IMG/VR virus record: IMGVR_UViG_3300033148_004210
Span: 1 to 64,000 of that record
DNA length: 64,000 nt
DNA from: a virus
Reading direction: 5' to 3' (one strand)
The first letter of the stretch is position 1. Each line of letters begins with the position of its first letter. Under the pieces are notes generated by a model. The model did no database searches. It was not told the DNA's origin and saw only the letters and a list, made by a program, of their open reading frames with translations. Positions 1 to 9,306 of the stretch are shown here, in pieces. A program made the position numbers and the translations under genes.

Positions 1-549
1 AGTTCTCCTATAGGAATAATAACTCCTGAATATATAACTCAATTGTATATGGATATAATAAATAAAAAAATATATGTTTCTACTGGATTAACATCTTCAG
101 ATTGGACAATATCCGCCCCCGACGGGGGGGGGGCAGTATCTGGTGCAAGAGTAAGAGCTAGATTAACTCAATTTCAATGGATACCCAATGATATAGACAC
201 TAAGATTGAATTCAATACTAAAGATTGGGATATAAATAGTGAATTTAATAATGGCACTTTTACAGCTAAAGAAGAAGGATATTATATAATAATGTCTAAT
301 GCTGGTCTTTTAACAGGAGACCAAACATTTATAAGTTTAGCTATTTATAAAAACGAAATTTTTTTATTTAATCAATATGAAGATTCTGCTATAGGTGCAG
401 ATATAGGAACTATAAATATTTTTAATACTTTACATTTAGAGATAGGAGATACTTTAGAAGTTTATTTTCATCATAAAGCAGGAACACAAAAAGTTTTAAT
501 AGGTATTCCAGATAGTTATATGACATTAGTATCAATTAATAAAATATAA
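1..549 (+). CDS. C1q/TNF-like domain virion protein (5' end lies outside the window)
   Basis: Frame is open from base 1 (SSPIGIITPEYITQLYMD...). IEFNTKDWDINSEFNNGTFTAKEEGYY and LHLEIGDTLEVY resemble C1q beta-sandwich motifs. Confidence 0.55.
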   Translation, partial: SSPIGIITPEYITQLYMDIINKKIYVSTGLTSSDWTISAPDGGGAVSGARVRARLTQFQWIPNDIDTKIEFNTKDWDINSEFNNGTFTAKEEGYYIIMSNAGLLTGDQTFISLAIYKNEIFLFNQYEDSAIGADIGTINIFNTLHLEIGDTLEVYFHHKAGTQKVLIGIPDSYMTLVSINKI

Positions 550-626
550 GAATATAAAATTAAGAATAAATTGATAGGATAAAGAAGGAAAGAATTAGTA
601 AAATAAATCGAGGAGGAAATTATTTT

Positions 627-2528
627 ATGGAAAAAAAATTAACGAATTTGGAGGTTCAAGAGTTTTTAACTGATTTTGAAACAAATTCAGAAACAATTAT
701 TCTTGAAGAAGGTAGCAAAGAAAAAAACGAATTAGAGAAAATAGCAGGAGCAAGAGGTATAAAAGTTAAAGATTCAAGAGACTTAGCAGTATTTAAAACT
801 ATCTACGCTTTTACGGATGTTGCAAATTCTAATGGAGCTATTTTACCTAAAAAAGAATTACTTCGTGTTCTTCCTCAAATAGTAGGTAAACCTATAAATA
901 TTAACCATGAACGACGATTTGTGGTTGGACACTATATAGATTATAGGTATAAACAGAAAGATAGCCAAATAAATGCTTATGGTATTTATTATAAAAGTAA
1001 TTTCGGTAAAGAATTCGAAGAAGCTAAGAAATTGTTAAAAAAGAAAAAGCTTTCTTCTTCTTTTGAAATTTGGAGTCCTCAAGACAAAAGAATATATAGA
1101 GAAGATGGTTCATTTGAAATGCACCAAATGGAAATAGCTGGTGGAGCACTTATATATGAAGATAAAAATAACGAACCTGCTTTTAAAGATGCCAAAGTGC
1201 TTTCTATAGGTAAAGCTAAAGATTCTTCGCTTCCAGATTTAGTTTACGCTTCTAAATATAAGGAAGATGAATTAATTACTTCTGATGGAAAGACAATAGA
1301 AACAAAAATTAATCCAACTGTTTCTAAAATTAAATGTTCCAATTGTGGTGAAGAATTCGATTCTGGTATTGTAGATAAAATAAAATGTCCTAAATGTTTT
1401 GCAATTTTAGACAAAAGCGGAAATATGATTTATCCCCCTCAAATCATAGATTTTAAAATGCTTTGTCCAAGTTGCTCAATGAACAATTGGTTACTTTTAT
1501 CTAAAAAAGAAGATAAAGTTAAAGTAAGATGTTCAGGATGTAGCAAAGAATATAATTTATCTTTTGCAATAGAACAAAAGAGAGATATTGTTAATAAAAT
1601 AAATTTTGTATATTCTAGTAGGGTATTTTGTTTACAATGTCATAAACCTATTTATGTGATGGGAACATCGGGAACAAATACGAAAAATGTAAAGTGTAAG
1701 AAATGTGGGTTAGAATTCTCATATGATATAACTCATGATAGATATAAAAAGATTTCAAAAATAGAAGAAGTTATTCCTAATAAGAATAAAATAGATAATA
1801 CAAAGGAATCTTCGGAAGAAGGAGGACAAAAAATGGCAAAAGAAAAAGAAGTTAAAAAAACTTCTGAAAAGAAAGTTGAAGTTAAAAAGGAAGAAGTTAA
1901 AGTCGAAACCCCTGAGAAAGTCGAAACTAAAAAAGAGGAAAAGGTTGAAGCTAAGAAAGAAGAAGTTAAAGAAACTCCTAAAGTTGAAAAAGCAGAAAAG
2001 CCGATAATTGAAAAGAAGGTTGAAGTTAAAAAGGAAGAAAAGGTCGAGGTTAAAGAGGCAAAGAAAGAAGTTAAAGAAGCCCCTAAAACCGAAGAACCTA
2101 AAGCAGTAGAGCCTAAGATAGAAAAGAAAGAAGAAGTTAAGGTCGAAACTAAAATTGAAGCTAAGAAAGATGGCAAGTTAGATAAATATATAGCTGGTAT
2201 AAGAAAAATTGCTAAAAGAGTTAAAGAGCTAAGGAAAGAGAAAGCTTCTCTTGAAAAGAAAGTCGAACTTTATAAAAATAAAGCTAAGACAATTATTGAA
2301 AGACAGGCAGAACTTGGTGAAGGTTGTAATTTATCTGAAGAAGAGATTCTTAATGATGATAAATTTGGAAAAGCAAAAGCTGAAAAAGAACTAGCAAAAG
2401 CAAATGCTCAACTGAATAAAGGTAATGATATAGTAGGTGCGAAAACTGCTCATGACGAAAAATGGTATGCTGAAAGACGTAAAGCGATTGATGAAGAAGC
2501 GTTTAAGCATATTAACGATAAAAAATAA
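627..2528 (+). CDS. Prohead maturation protease fused to three zinc ribbons and a K/E-rich scaffold region
   Basis: Directly upstream of the capsid gene. N-terminal ANSNGAILPK...GKPININH...VVGH resembles phage prohead proteases. Six CxxC pairs (CSNC, CPKC, CPSC, CSGC, CLQC, CKKC), then KEEVKVE repeats and a coiled coil. SD GAGGAGG. Confidence 0.65.
   Translation: MEKKLTNLEVQEFLTDFETNSETIILEEGSKEKNELEKIAGARGIKVKDSRDLAVFKTIYAFTDVANSNGAILPKKELLRVLPQIVGKPININHERRFVVGHYIDYRYKQKDSQINAYGIYYKSNFGKEFEEAKKLLKKKKLSSSFEIWSPQDKRIYREDGSFEMHQMEIAGGALIYEDKNNEPAFKDAKVLSIGKAKDSSLPDLVYASKYKEDELITSDGKTIETKINPTVSKIKCSNCGEEFDSGIVDKIKCPKCFAILDKSGNMIYPPQIIDFKMLCPSCSMNNWLLLSKKEDKVKVRCSGCSKEYNLSFAIEQKRDIVNKINFVYSSRVFCLQCHKPIYVMGTSGTNTKNVKCKKCGLEFSYDITHDRYKKISKIEEVIPNKNKIDNTKESSEEGGQKMAKEKEVKKTSEKKVEVKKEEVKVETPEKVETKKEEKVEAKKEEVKETPKVEKAEKPIIEKKVEVKKEEKVEVKEAKKEVKEAPKTEEPKAVEPKIEKKEEVKVETKIEAKKDGKLDKYIAGIRKIAKRVKELRKEKASLEKKVELYKNKAKTIIERQAELGEGCNLSEEEILNDDKFGKAKAEKELAKANAQLNKGNDIVGAKTAHDEKWYAERRKAIDEEAFKHINDKK
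1833..2528 (+). CDS. Nested in-frame scaffold protein (internal start)
   Basis: AAGGAGGACAAAAAATGGC: GGAGG 7 nt before an in-frame ATG at the start of the K/E-rich region. The identical 19-mer precedes the gene at 28038. Confidence 0.6.
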   Translation: MAKEKEVKKTSEKKVEVKKEEVKVETPEKVETKKEEKVEAKKEEVKETPKVEKAEKPIIEKKVEVKKEEKVEVKEAKKEVKEAPKTEEPKAVEPKIEKKEEVKVETKIEAKKDGKLDKYIAGIRKIAKRVKELRKEKASLEKKVELYKNKAKTIIERQAELGEGCNLSEEEILNDDKFGKAKAEKELAKANAQLNKGNDIVGAKTAHDEKWYAERRKAIDEEAFKHINDKK

Positions 2529-2629
2529 GCTATCTATTAAGATAGAAAAGATATGTAGCAAAGATAAATGCAAACAATAGATATAAAGAAAAAGATATAA
2601 CTAGAAAAAAATTTATGAGGTAAATTAAA

Positions 2630-3589
2630 ATGACTCCTGATAAAAACATAGTATTAGAAGTTTCTAAGTTAGTAGGTGAGCCTATTAATAAGCAACTTCC
2701 AGTTCCAGTTGAAATTTCAGCTATCGCCGATACTTTTACAGCCGAACCAGGCGAAAAAGTTTGGAGATATACTACTTTTGATACTTCTCTAGATACAGTT
2801 TTAGCGGTTGATGCTAATGGTGTTATTACAGTTGTAAAGAGAACTCCCACAGGGGATGCAGAGCTTACGTTTGATGGATTAAATTCTAAGTTAGAGTATG
2901 TGTTGATAAATGATATTCTTTCTGAAACTGACAATACTTCGGTATTGGCAAGACGAAAAGAATCGATTACTCGTTCAATGGATAAGAAAGAGCTTTATGC
3001 TATCGTTACTGCTATTCTTAGCAAAACTGGAAGTTATCTTCCTGGCGTAGACCCTGAAGAGGTTACGATGACAGGTAATGACCTTTATGATGTTATTATA
3101 GCGTTGAAGCATAAGGTTGAAGATTATGGAGATGGTTTCGTGCTACTTTGCGGTAGTGCAGTAAAAGAAGCTATTGACACTTATGATAAGGATAAAGCTA
3201 GCACGTTTAATTATAGTGTTACTTTAAGTCAGAAACTTAAAGAACTTGGTATAGAGGTATTGAAGGTATTTGGTAGTGTTGAACTTACTGACGGTGGTGG
3301 AGAGACTCGAATTATGAACACCAATAAAATGGTGCTTATAGCGAAGAATTCCAGAATCGCTGAAGGTAAGCCGATTAAGTTTGTTCGAAGAAAGATTTCT
3401 GCTGAAATAGCGAAGTTGATGGGTGCAGATGTTGACAGTGCTCAAAGGGCACTTATTGTCAACCCGACTCCAGTTAATTCTGGTTCGGCTAACCTGCTTG
3501 CCTATGGGATATATGGCTACGAAAGTATGATTTTCACAATCACAAATCCGTTAGCTATTGCGTTTGCGGACTGTTCATCGATACTATAA
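2630..3589 (+). CDS. Major capsid protein
   Basis: 319 aa, follows protease/scaffold, SD GAGGT, distinct codon usage, followed by a strong hairpin. Confidence 0.7.
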   Translation: MTPDKNIVLEVSKLVGEPINKQLPVPVEISAIADTFTAEPGEKVWRYTTFDTSLDTVLAVDANGVITVVKRTPTGDAELTFDGLNSKLEYVLINDILSETDNTSVLARRKESITRSMDKKELYAIVTAILSKTGSYLPGVDPEEVTMTGNDLYDVIIALKHKVEDYGDGFVLLCGSAVKEAIDTYDKDKASTFNYSVTLSQKLKELGIEVLKVFGSVELTDGGGETRIMNTNKMVLIAKNSRIAEGKPIKFVRRKISAEIAKLMGADVDSAQRALIVNPTPVNSGSANLLAYGIYGYESMIFTITNPLAIAFADCSSIL

Positions 3590-3599
3590 TCGATAATTT

Positions 3600-3631
3600 T
3601 CTTAGGGGAAGCCTCAAAACTTCCCCTAAGA
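3600..3631 (+). terminator. Hairpin after the capsid gene (terminator or mRNA-stabilising stem)
   Basis: TCTTAGGGGAAG-CCTCAAAA-CTTCCCCTAAGA, perfect 12-bp stem, no real U tract. Confidence 0.6.
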
Positions 3632-3644
3632 TTCTAACAAAAGT

Positions 3645-4430
3645 ATGGTAAATATGAAAAAAAGAAAAATAACAAAAAAATATTTAGTAGAGCAATATAT
3701 AAAGAATAAAAAGAATTCTATTCAAATTGCTAAAAGTATAAAATGTTGCGATACTACAATAAGAAATTATCTTAAAAAATATAATATAAAAATAAGAACT
3801 TTATCAGAAGTTCATAGAGGATTAAAACATACATTTAAAACTCGACAAGAAATGAGTATTTCTCATAAGGGATTAAAACATACTGAAGCAACAAAAATCA
3901 AATTAAGTTTATTTCATAAAATATATGACAAAATTTTAACAAAACAATTTTTAATAAAAGAATATATAAAAAATAATAAATCTACTTTAAAAATAGCAAA
4001 GAAAATCGATTGTTCAGTAACAACAATTTGGAAATTTTTAAAGAAATATAATATTCCTGTAAGAAATTTTAGAGAAAGTAGTTGTTGGAAAGGGAAAAAG
4101 AATCCAGAACAGAGTAAAAGAATGAAAGGTAAGAAACATCCCAATTATATAGAAGGATTAGACAGAAAATATCCCTTAGAATTTGATAATCAATTAAAAC
4201 AACAAATTCGTAAACGAGACGATTATACTTGTCAAAACTGTAATATGACAGAAGAAGAACATATTATAGTTCATGGAAGAGTTTTAGATGTCCATCACAT
4301 TGATTATGATAAAGATAATTTAGCCCCAGAAAATTTAATAAGTTTATGTCAAAGTTGTAATATTAGAGCAAATTATAATAGAAAGTATTGGATAGAATAT
4401 TTTCAAACAAAAACAAAGGAAAAGGTATGA
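3645..4430 (+). CDS. Free-standing HNH endonuclease with HTH and NUMOD3-like modules
   Basis: RDDYTCQNC...LDVHHIDYDKDNLAPENLISLCQSCN; KHTEATKIKLS; two IAKxIxCxxTTI helix-turn-helix repeats. Confidence 0.85.
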   Translation: MVNMKKRKITKKYLVEQYIKNKKNSIQIAKSIKCCDTTIRNYLKKYNIKIRTLSEVHRGLKHTFKTRQEMSISHKGLKHTEATKIKLSLFHKIYDKILTKQFLIKEYIKNNKSTLKIAKKIDCSVTTIWKFLKKYNIPVRNFRESSCWKGKKNPEQSKRMKGKKHPNYIEGLDRKYPLEFDNQLKQQIRKRDDYTCQNCNMTEEEHIIVHGRVLDVHHIDYDKDNLAPENLISLCQSCNIRANYNRKYWIEYFQTKTKEKV

Positions 4431-4897
4431 TAATCTTCAAAAGCGGAAAAGTTTCAAAACAAGAAAAAGAAATTATCAATAACATTTTAATAGAATATAC
4501 TGATATTTGGAAGGATTGTTATATAACGAAAAATAATCTTCGTTTATTTCTCGCTGATAATAAAGAACTTCTTTATGAAGGATTGGTTAAGGGAGATAAA
4601 ATTGCTTTTGATGAAAATCAAGGGCTTATATTTATATGTGGATATTCAGATAAATTTCCTCGTAAGTATTTAAAAATTTTAGCTAAAAATGAAGATTCTG
4701 CAAATCGACTTTTAAAAATTTTGTCATGGAATATTAAAGATGATTTATATGCGAAAATGAAAAAATCGAATCCTATAATTAAAGTATTGGAAAGAAACGG
4801 TTTTAGATATATAAAAGATAGGGGAGCAGAAGCTCTTTTATTTAGAAAATATCTTCCGACAAGACCTATAAAACAAAAGGATAAGAATGAAGAATAA
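4427..4897 (+). CDS. Hypothetical protein, possible GNAT-like fold
   Basis: ATGA overlap with the HNH stop. C-terminal NPIIKVLERNGF resembles GNAT motif B. Confidence 0.4.
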   Translation: MIIFKSGKVSKQEKEIINNILIEYTDIWKDCYITKNNLRLFLADNKELLYEGLVKGDKIAFDENQGLIFICGYSDKFPRKYLKILAKNEDSANRLLKILSWNIKDDLYAKMKKSNPIIKVLERNGFRYIKDRGAEALLFRKYLPTRPIKQKDKNEE

Positions 4898-5072
4898 TAG
4901 ACCCTGGTTTTTAAATAAAAAATGTGAATTATGTGGAAAACAGGGAACAACTTTTAGACTTATAAAAAATAGGCATTATGTCCTTTGCGATAAAAAAATA
5001 TGTGATTATAAAACAAGAATAAGGGCAGGGTTTTTTAGTGAATTAAATTTTAAGGAGAAAATAAAATGTTAA
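4887..5072 (+). CDS. Small Cys-containing hypothetical protein
   Basis: CELC...CDKKIC; overlaps neighbouring genes. Confidence 0.5.
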   Translation: MKNNRPWFLNKKCELCGKQGTTFRLIKNRHYVLCDKKICDYKTRIRAGFFSELNFKEKIKC

Positions 5073-5647
5073 GCACAATAGGCACTTTAAGAACAAAAAC
5101 CAGAGCACTTGTAAGTGATATTATCAAATCTGACAAAGAAACATTTACTTATTCTAATTCGGCTATTTTTATTCTTGCCGAAGAAAATATAGAAAGTATA
5201 ACTCAAATAACTAAAAACGGGACAGCTCTCGGAACTGGCGAATTTTCTTTCGATTCTACTCTTAACGAAGTAACAGTTAGTCCAGATACAGGAAATGAAT
5301 TGACAAATGGAGATGTAATAATTGTTACATATACTTTTTATAAATATAGCACAACAGAATTAGACGAATACATAAGAGCTAGTTTAGTTTGGATGAGTGT
5401 TTTTGATGCAAGCGAAAATGATTTTGAAATAGAGAATGGAGACATTTACCCAACCCCAGATAATAGGACAATGGATTTAATAGTTTTAATTGCTTCCATT
5501 TTAATAAAACCGAATCATAGTGAATATCGTCTTCCAAATCTTACTGTGAAATATCCGCGTAAATGGAGCAAAGAAGAGAAGATAGAAAAATTAATTAATA
5601 GGTTTACTTTTGGACTTGGAATCTCGGACATAATTTCTTGGGACTAG
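5066..5647 (+). CDS. Putative head-tail adaptor/connector protein
   Basis: Position after capsid; LRTKTRALVSD...YSTTELDEYI pattern typical of adaptor proteins. Confidence 0.45.
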   Translation: MLSTIGTLRTKTRALVSDIIKSDKETFTYSNSAIFILAEENIESITQITKNGTALGTGEFSFDSTLNEVTVSPDTGNELTNGDVIIVTYTFYKYSTTELDEYIRASLVWMSVFDASENDFEIENGDIYPTPDNRTMDLIVLIASILIKPNHSEYRLPNLTVKYPRKWSKEEKIEKLINRFTFGLGISDIISWD

Positions 5648-5666
5648 AAATAAAGGAGTCAAAGAT

Positions 5667-6011
5667 ATGATACATAAAGAAATAGAAATTGTAAGAAAGA
5701 CCACTAAGATTTTTGAATTACATTTTACCAAAAGTGGTCAGAATGAAGACATTACAGGTTGGTCAGTATATTTTACTGCTAAATCCAATATGAACGATAT
5801 TGATGCCGATGCTAAAATTTCAAAAACTGTTACTTCTCATAGTGACCCTGTAGATGGTAAAACTTTAATAACATTAGAACCTGCCGATACAAATATTGAT
5901 GCAGGGAATTATTATTTCAGTATAGATTTTAAAGATTCTGATGACCAAATAGGAATTTTATTTCATGGAAAATTAAAGATAGTAGAGCCTGTAAGAAAAG
6001 ACAGAACTTAG
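5667..6011 (+). CDS. BppU N-terminal-like virion protein
   Basis: DITGWSVYFTAK...DGKTLITLEPADT...GNYYFSIDF...GKLKI pattern. Confidence 0.55.
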   Translation: MIHKEIEIVRKTTKIFELHFTKSGQNEDITGWSVYFTAKSNMNDIDADAKISKTVTSHSDPVDGKTLITLEPADTNIDAGNYYFSIDFKDSDDQIGILFHGKLKIVEPVRKDRT

Positions 6012-6025
6012 TAGGAATTTAAAAA

Positions 6026-6373
6026 ATGCCAATAGACACTGAATTAAAAGTCGATTTAATTGAAAAAGAATTAGTAGACATAGAACTAATCGATAAAGAA
6101 TTGGTAGATATAGATTTAGTTGTAATTGATGTTTTACAATATCATGAAAAAGAAATTATTTCTAATTTTAAACAAGAAGTCCCTACTCATGTAAGTGGTT
6201 ATCAATTTAGGACTTCATTAGAATATGTATCGACTACTCTCAAAGTCTATGTAAACGGAATAAAAGAAAAAATAAATCAAATACAAATAGACTCTTTAAC
6301 CACTTTTACATTTTTAGACCCCATAGATATTAATCTAGATTATATAGAAGTAAGTTATGTAGAAGTTACTTAA
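6026..6373 (+). CDS. Acidic virion structural protein
   Basis: VDIELIDKEL repeat; TLKVYVNG...IEVSY beta domain similar to the C-terminus of 7342-8121. Confidence 0.45.
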   Translation: MPIDTELKVDLIEKELVDIELIDKELVDIDLVVIDVLQYHEKEIISNFKQEVPTHVSGYQFRTSLEYVSTTLKVYVNGIKEKINQIQIDSLTTFTFLDPIDINLDYIEVSYVEVT

Positions 6374-6387
6374 ATAAAGGATAAACA

Positions 6388-6654
6388 ATGCAAATAGCTA
6401 AAGAAATATTTTTAAAAAGTCTTAATATTATGAAGAAAACACTGGACTTAGGTGAAGTTTTATTCGATATGAGAACTAAACAATTTAAATATTTTCGTGC
6501 ACAAGTTATGGAAATAACATATACAGATTTAAAAAAATTATTTAAATATTTCTCTGATGAAAAAATTCTCAAAAAATGTCCTGAAAAATGTAATTTAAGG
6601 AAGGGCTATTCTAAATGTTTATGTGGGGGGTCAGGATTTATTAATGCCAAGTAA
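6388..6654 (+). CDS. Hypothetical protein with C-terminal Cys cluster
   Basis: CPEKC...CLCGGSG; SD AAGGA. Confidence 0.5.
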   Translation: MQIAKEIFLKSLNIMKKTLDLGEVLFDMRTKQFKYFRAQVMEITYTDLKKLFKYFSDEKILKKCPEKCNLRKGYSKCLCGGSGFINAK

Positions 6655-7210
6655 AGGATATAAACAAACAAAAGAACAAAAAGAAAATATTAGTAAAGCT
6701 ACTAAGAAAGCTATGGCTAGACCTGAAGTTAAAGAAAAAATGATAAAAGCTAATAAAAGAAGAAGAAAATATAATCCCTGGAATAAAGGATTAACTAAAG
6801 AGATAGATTTAAGATTGAGAAAAAGAAGTAATGATTTAAAAGGACATGATTTCAAAAATCATAAACTTAATTGTCAATGTCCGATTTGTAAACAGACAAG
6901 AGGAGAATGGATTTCTAAATTTGGCAAAGAAGCCCCAAATTGGCAAAATGGTAAATCCTTCGAACCTTATCCTTTAGGTTGGAACAAAACTTTTAAAGAA
7001 CAAATAAGATTTAGAGATGGATATAAATGCCAAATTTGTGGATGTCCAGAAGTTGAAAATAATAGAAAATTAGCAGTGCATCATATTGATTACGATAAAG
7101 AAAATTTAGCCCCTGAAAATTTGATAAGTTTATGCAATGGTTGTCATAGTAAAACTAATGGAAATCGAAAATATTGGACAGAATTTTTAAGAGATATAAT
7201 TAAAGTTTAA
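6644..7210 (+). CDS. Free-standing HNH endonuclease
   Basis: PWNKGLTKE, RDGYKCQICG, LAVHHIDYDKENLAPENLISLCNGCHSKTN; likely start MPSKGY at 6644. Confidence 0.85.
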   Translation: MPSKGYKQTKEQKENISKATKKAMARPEVKEKMIKANKRRRKYNPWNKGLTKEIDLRLRKRSNDLKGHDFKNHKLNCQCPICKQTRGEWISKFGKEAPNWQNGKSFEPYPLGWNKTFKEQIRFRDGYKCQICGCPEVENNRKLAVHHIDYDKENLAPENLISLCNGCHSKTNGNRKYWTEFLRDIIKV

Positions 7211-7341
7211 TAATTTAAAATGAAAACTGAGTAATTTGTGTGTTTTCGCAAGGTAAAATGCGGAAAATAGCTCGAAAGAGCCTGAAAAATGAATATGACC
7301 CTTGATAATTGAAAATAAATTACAAGGAGGAAATAAAATTT

Positions 7342-8121
7342 ATGGCAAATCGTAATACAAGAATAAGAGGAATACAAATTTTAGATAAAGGTGTAGATAC
7401 TGCTCAAATAGCTGATAGTGCTGTTGAAGCTTTACAGATTAATGCTGATGCGGTTACTACTGTTAAAATTTTAGATAATAATGTTACTTTAGCTAAAATA
7501 GCAGATGGAACGGATGCTCAAATGATAATTTGTGATGCTAGCGGTTATCCTACCTATGCGGTAGTAACTGGTGGAGATGTTCATATTGATAATGCTGGTT
7601 TAGCTACTATCCAAGCTACTAAAGTTACTGATGCCATGCTTAATGATGATGTGGCTACTGGTTTAGCTGGTGTCGGTCTTTCTGATACTAGTGGTGTTAT
7701 GGCACTCGATGTTAATGAAGTTGGAGAAGTTGTGGTAGATGTTGCTAATGATTCGTTTTGTTTAACTGACAATTCCGATTCAGATGCTACTAAAAGGGAT
7801 ACCATTGCTGATTTAGTTACTGCTATAGCTGGAGCTGGATTAACAGCTACTGCTGGTGTTTTAGCAGTTGATGAACATGCTTCTGGTATAATTACTGAAG
7901 ATGATATAGTTAGAAATGAAGTTGTTGAACCCGATACTGCTTCAGATACTGATTATACTTTAGCTAATAGTCCTGTTGTTGGCACTGTGAATATCTATTT
8001 AAATGGACTTTTACAGCAACCAGGCACGGGAGAAGATTATGTTATTGATGGAGCAAGTGTAGTTTTTGCAACTGCGGTTGATGCTTCAGACCTCGTTTTA
8101 GCTGACTACATTGTGACTTAG
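7342..8121 (+). CDS. Acidic Ala/Asp/Val-rich virion fibre or decoration protein
   Basis: SD AAGGAGG before ATG 7342. IADSAV/INADAVT/ILDNNVTLAKIA fibre repeats; C-terminal IYLNGLLQQPG..DY domain. Confidence 0.6.
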   Translation: MANRNTRIRGIQILDKGVDTAQIADSAVEALQINADAVTTVKILDNNVTLAKIADGTDAQMIICDASGYPTYAVVTGGDVHIDNAGLATIQATKVTDAMLNDDVATGLAGVGLSDTSGVMALDVNEVGEVVVDVANDSFCLTDNSDSDATKRDTIADLVTAIAGAGLTATAGVLAVDEHASGIITEDDIVRNEVVEPDTASDTDYTLANSPVVGTVNIYLNGLLQQPGTGEDYVIDGASVVFATAVDASDLVLADYIVT

Positions 8122-8124
8122 AAA

Positions 8125-8146
8125 TAATTTAGAGTAATCTAAATTA
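8125..8146 (+). terminator. Hairpin with GNRA loop after a structural gene
   Basis: TAATTTAGA-GTAA-TCTAAATTA, perfect 9-bp stem, no U tract. Confidence 0.4.
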
Positions 8147-8187
8147 GCCTAAAAAAACACACAAATTACAATTTTATAAGAAAAAAT

Positions 8188-8838
8188 ATGATACATACTA
8201 AATTATCGAAAGTTTTAACAAAACAATTATTACTAAAAGAATATACAAAAAATCTAAAATCTGCAAACCAAATTGCTAAAAAACTTAGATGTTCCAGTGG
8301 AACTATTTATATTTATTTGAAGAAATATAACATAAAAACAAGAACTTATATTGAAGCTTTAAGTGGAAAAAAAGCTGGCAGGTTTAAAGATGGTAGAACA
8401 ATGAAAAAATATTATTGTAAAGATTGTGGTATAAAAATCACTTATCAATCTGGTTATTATGGTCAAGGAAAATGTAATCATTGTAATCAAATAAGTAAAC
8501 CTTTACCTTCTAAGGAAGCGATTCGAAACCAAAGTCTGGCTCATGGAGGAACTGGAATTCCTTACGAAAACGATGAATATGGTGCAGAATTTGATAATGC
8601 TTTAAAAGAACAAGTTAGATTTCGAGATAAGTATAAATGCCAAGTTTGCGGATGTCCTCAAATAGAAAATGGAAGACAATTAGACGTTCATCATATTGAT
8701 TATAATAAGAGGAATAATATTTTAAATAATTTAGTATCCTTATGTCGCAAATGCCATATGAAAACAAATTACAATAGAGAAGAATGGGAAGAATATTTCC
8801 AAGCAAAATTAAGGAGAATTCATGAAACCCAAAGGTAA
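8188..8838 (+). CDS. Free-standing HNH endonuclease
   Basis: RDKYKCQVCG...LDVHHIDYNKRNNILNNLVSLCRKCH; close paralogue of 15284-15904 in the C-terminal half. Confidence 0.85.
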   Translation: MIHTKLSKVLTKQLLLKEYTKNLKSANQIAKKLRCSSGTIYIYLKKYNIKTRTYIEALSGKKAGRFKDGRTMKKYYCKDCGIKITYQSGYYGQGKCNHCNQISKPLPSKEAIRNQSLAHGGTGIPYENDEYGAEFDNALKEQVRFRDKYKCQVCGCPQIENGRQLDVHHIDYNKRNNILNNLVSLCRKCHMKTNYNREEWEEYFQAKLRRIHETQR

Positions 8839-9112
8839 AAATTATTCTCGAATGAACAAAAAACAACAAGTAAAAGTTGATAAAACTATAAAACGTATGG
8901 AAAAAACAAGAATTAAAGATGATGTTAGGCTTCGTAAATCTATAAAAGCCAAACTTGAATGGGCTAAAGAACAGAAAAAGAAAGGTTTGGAAGCTGTTGA
9001 GGATTTTAAAAAAAGAATTCAGACAAATACGAAAGAATTACTTAAACTTGAAGGTATAATATTAGTATTAAGTCAAATATTACAGGAAGAACAACCAAAG
9101 AAAGAAAAATAA
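8822..9112 (+). CDS. Basic coiled-coil hypothetical protein
   Basis: ORF track; SD AAGGAG. Confidence 0.5.
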   Translation: MKPKGKNYSRMNKKQQVKVDKTIKRMEKTRIKDDVRLRKSIKAKLEWAKEQKKKGLEAVEDFKKRIQTNTKELLKLEGIILVLSQILQEEQPKKEK

Positions 9113-9292
9113 ATGCTTACAGCCCAATTAGATTTTAAATGTAATATATGCGGATGTGAAAAATTTTTTGTAATGCCTGTTGGAAAATTAACCAAAAGTG
9201 GTGATACAGTAACTACTCTTTCGGAATATTTGCTGAAATGTAAAAAATGTTTAAAGGCATATATTTTAGATTTTTCAATAAAGGCGTGTTAA
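9113..9292 (+). CDS. 59-aa zinc-ribbon protein (not in ORF track)
   Basis: MLTAQLDFKCNICGC...KCKKCLKAY...; ATG directly after the upstream stop. Confidence 0.55.
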   Translation: MLTAQLDFKCNICGCEKFFVMPVGKLTKSGDTVTTLSEYLLKCKKCLKAYILDFSIKAC

Positions 9293-9306
9293 AAAAGGAA
9301 TAAAAG

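Noticed and set aside
1833-2170. GAAGTTAAA-type nucleotide repeats as a CRISPR array or iterons
   Set aside because: Irregular, in-frame codon repeats of the K/E/V-rich scaffold, with no fixed repeat-spacer period. No CRISPR array was seen anywhere in the window.
1733-2176. Antisense ORF (and similar ones such as 2530-2934, 15885-16376, 17147-17611, 51842-52282, 53163-53675)
   Set aside because: Shadows of real genes on the opposite strand; low-complexity translations with no SD or motifs.
2531-2546. Palindrome CTATCT-ATTA-AGATAG before the capsid gene and similar ATCTA-A-TAGAT before the tail tube gene as a late promoter motif
   Set aside because: Short AT-rich palindromes with different spacing, not found before other late genes; expected by chance at this composition.
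7226-7295. Hammerhead ribozyme or known riboswitch
   Set aside because: CTGAGTA and CTGAAAA do not match the CUGANGA core, and the required flanking stems are absent.
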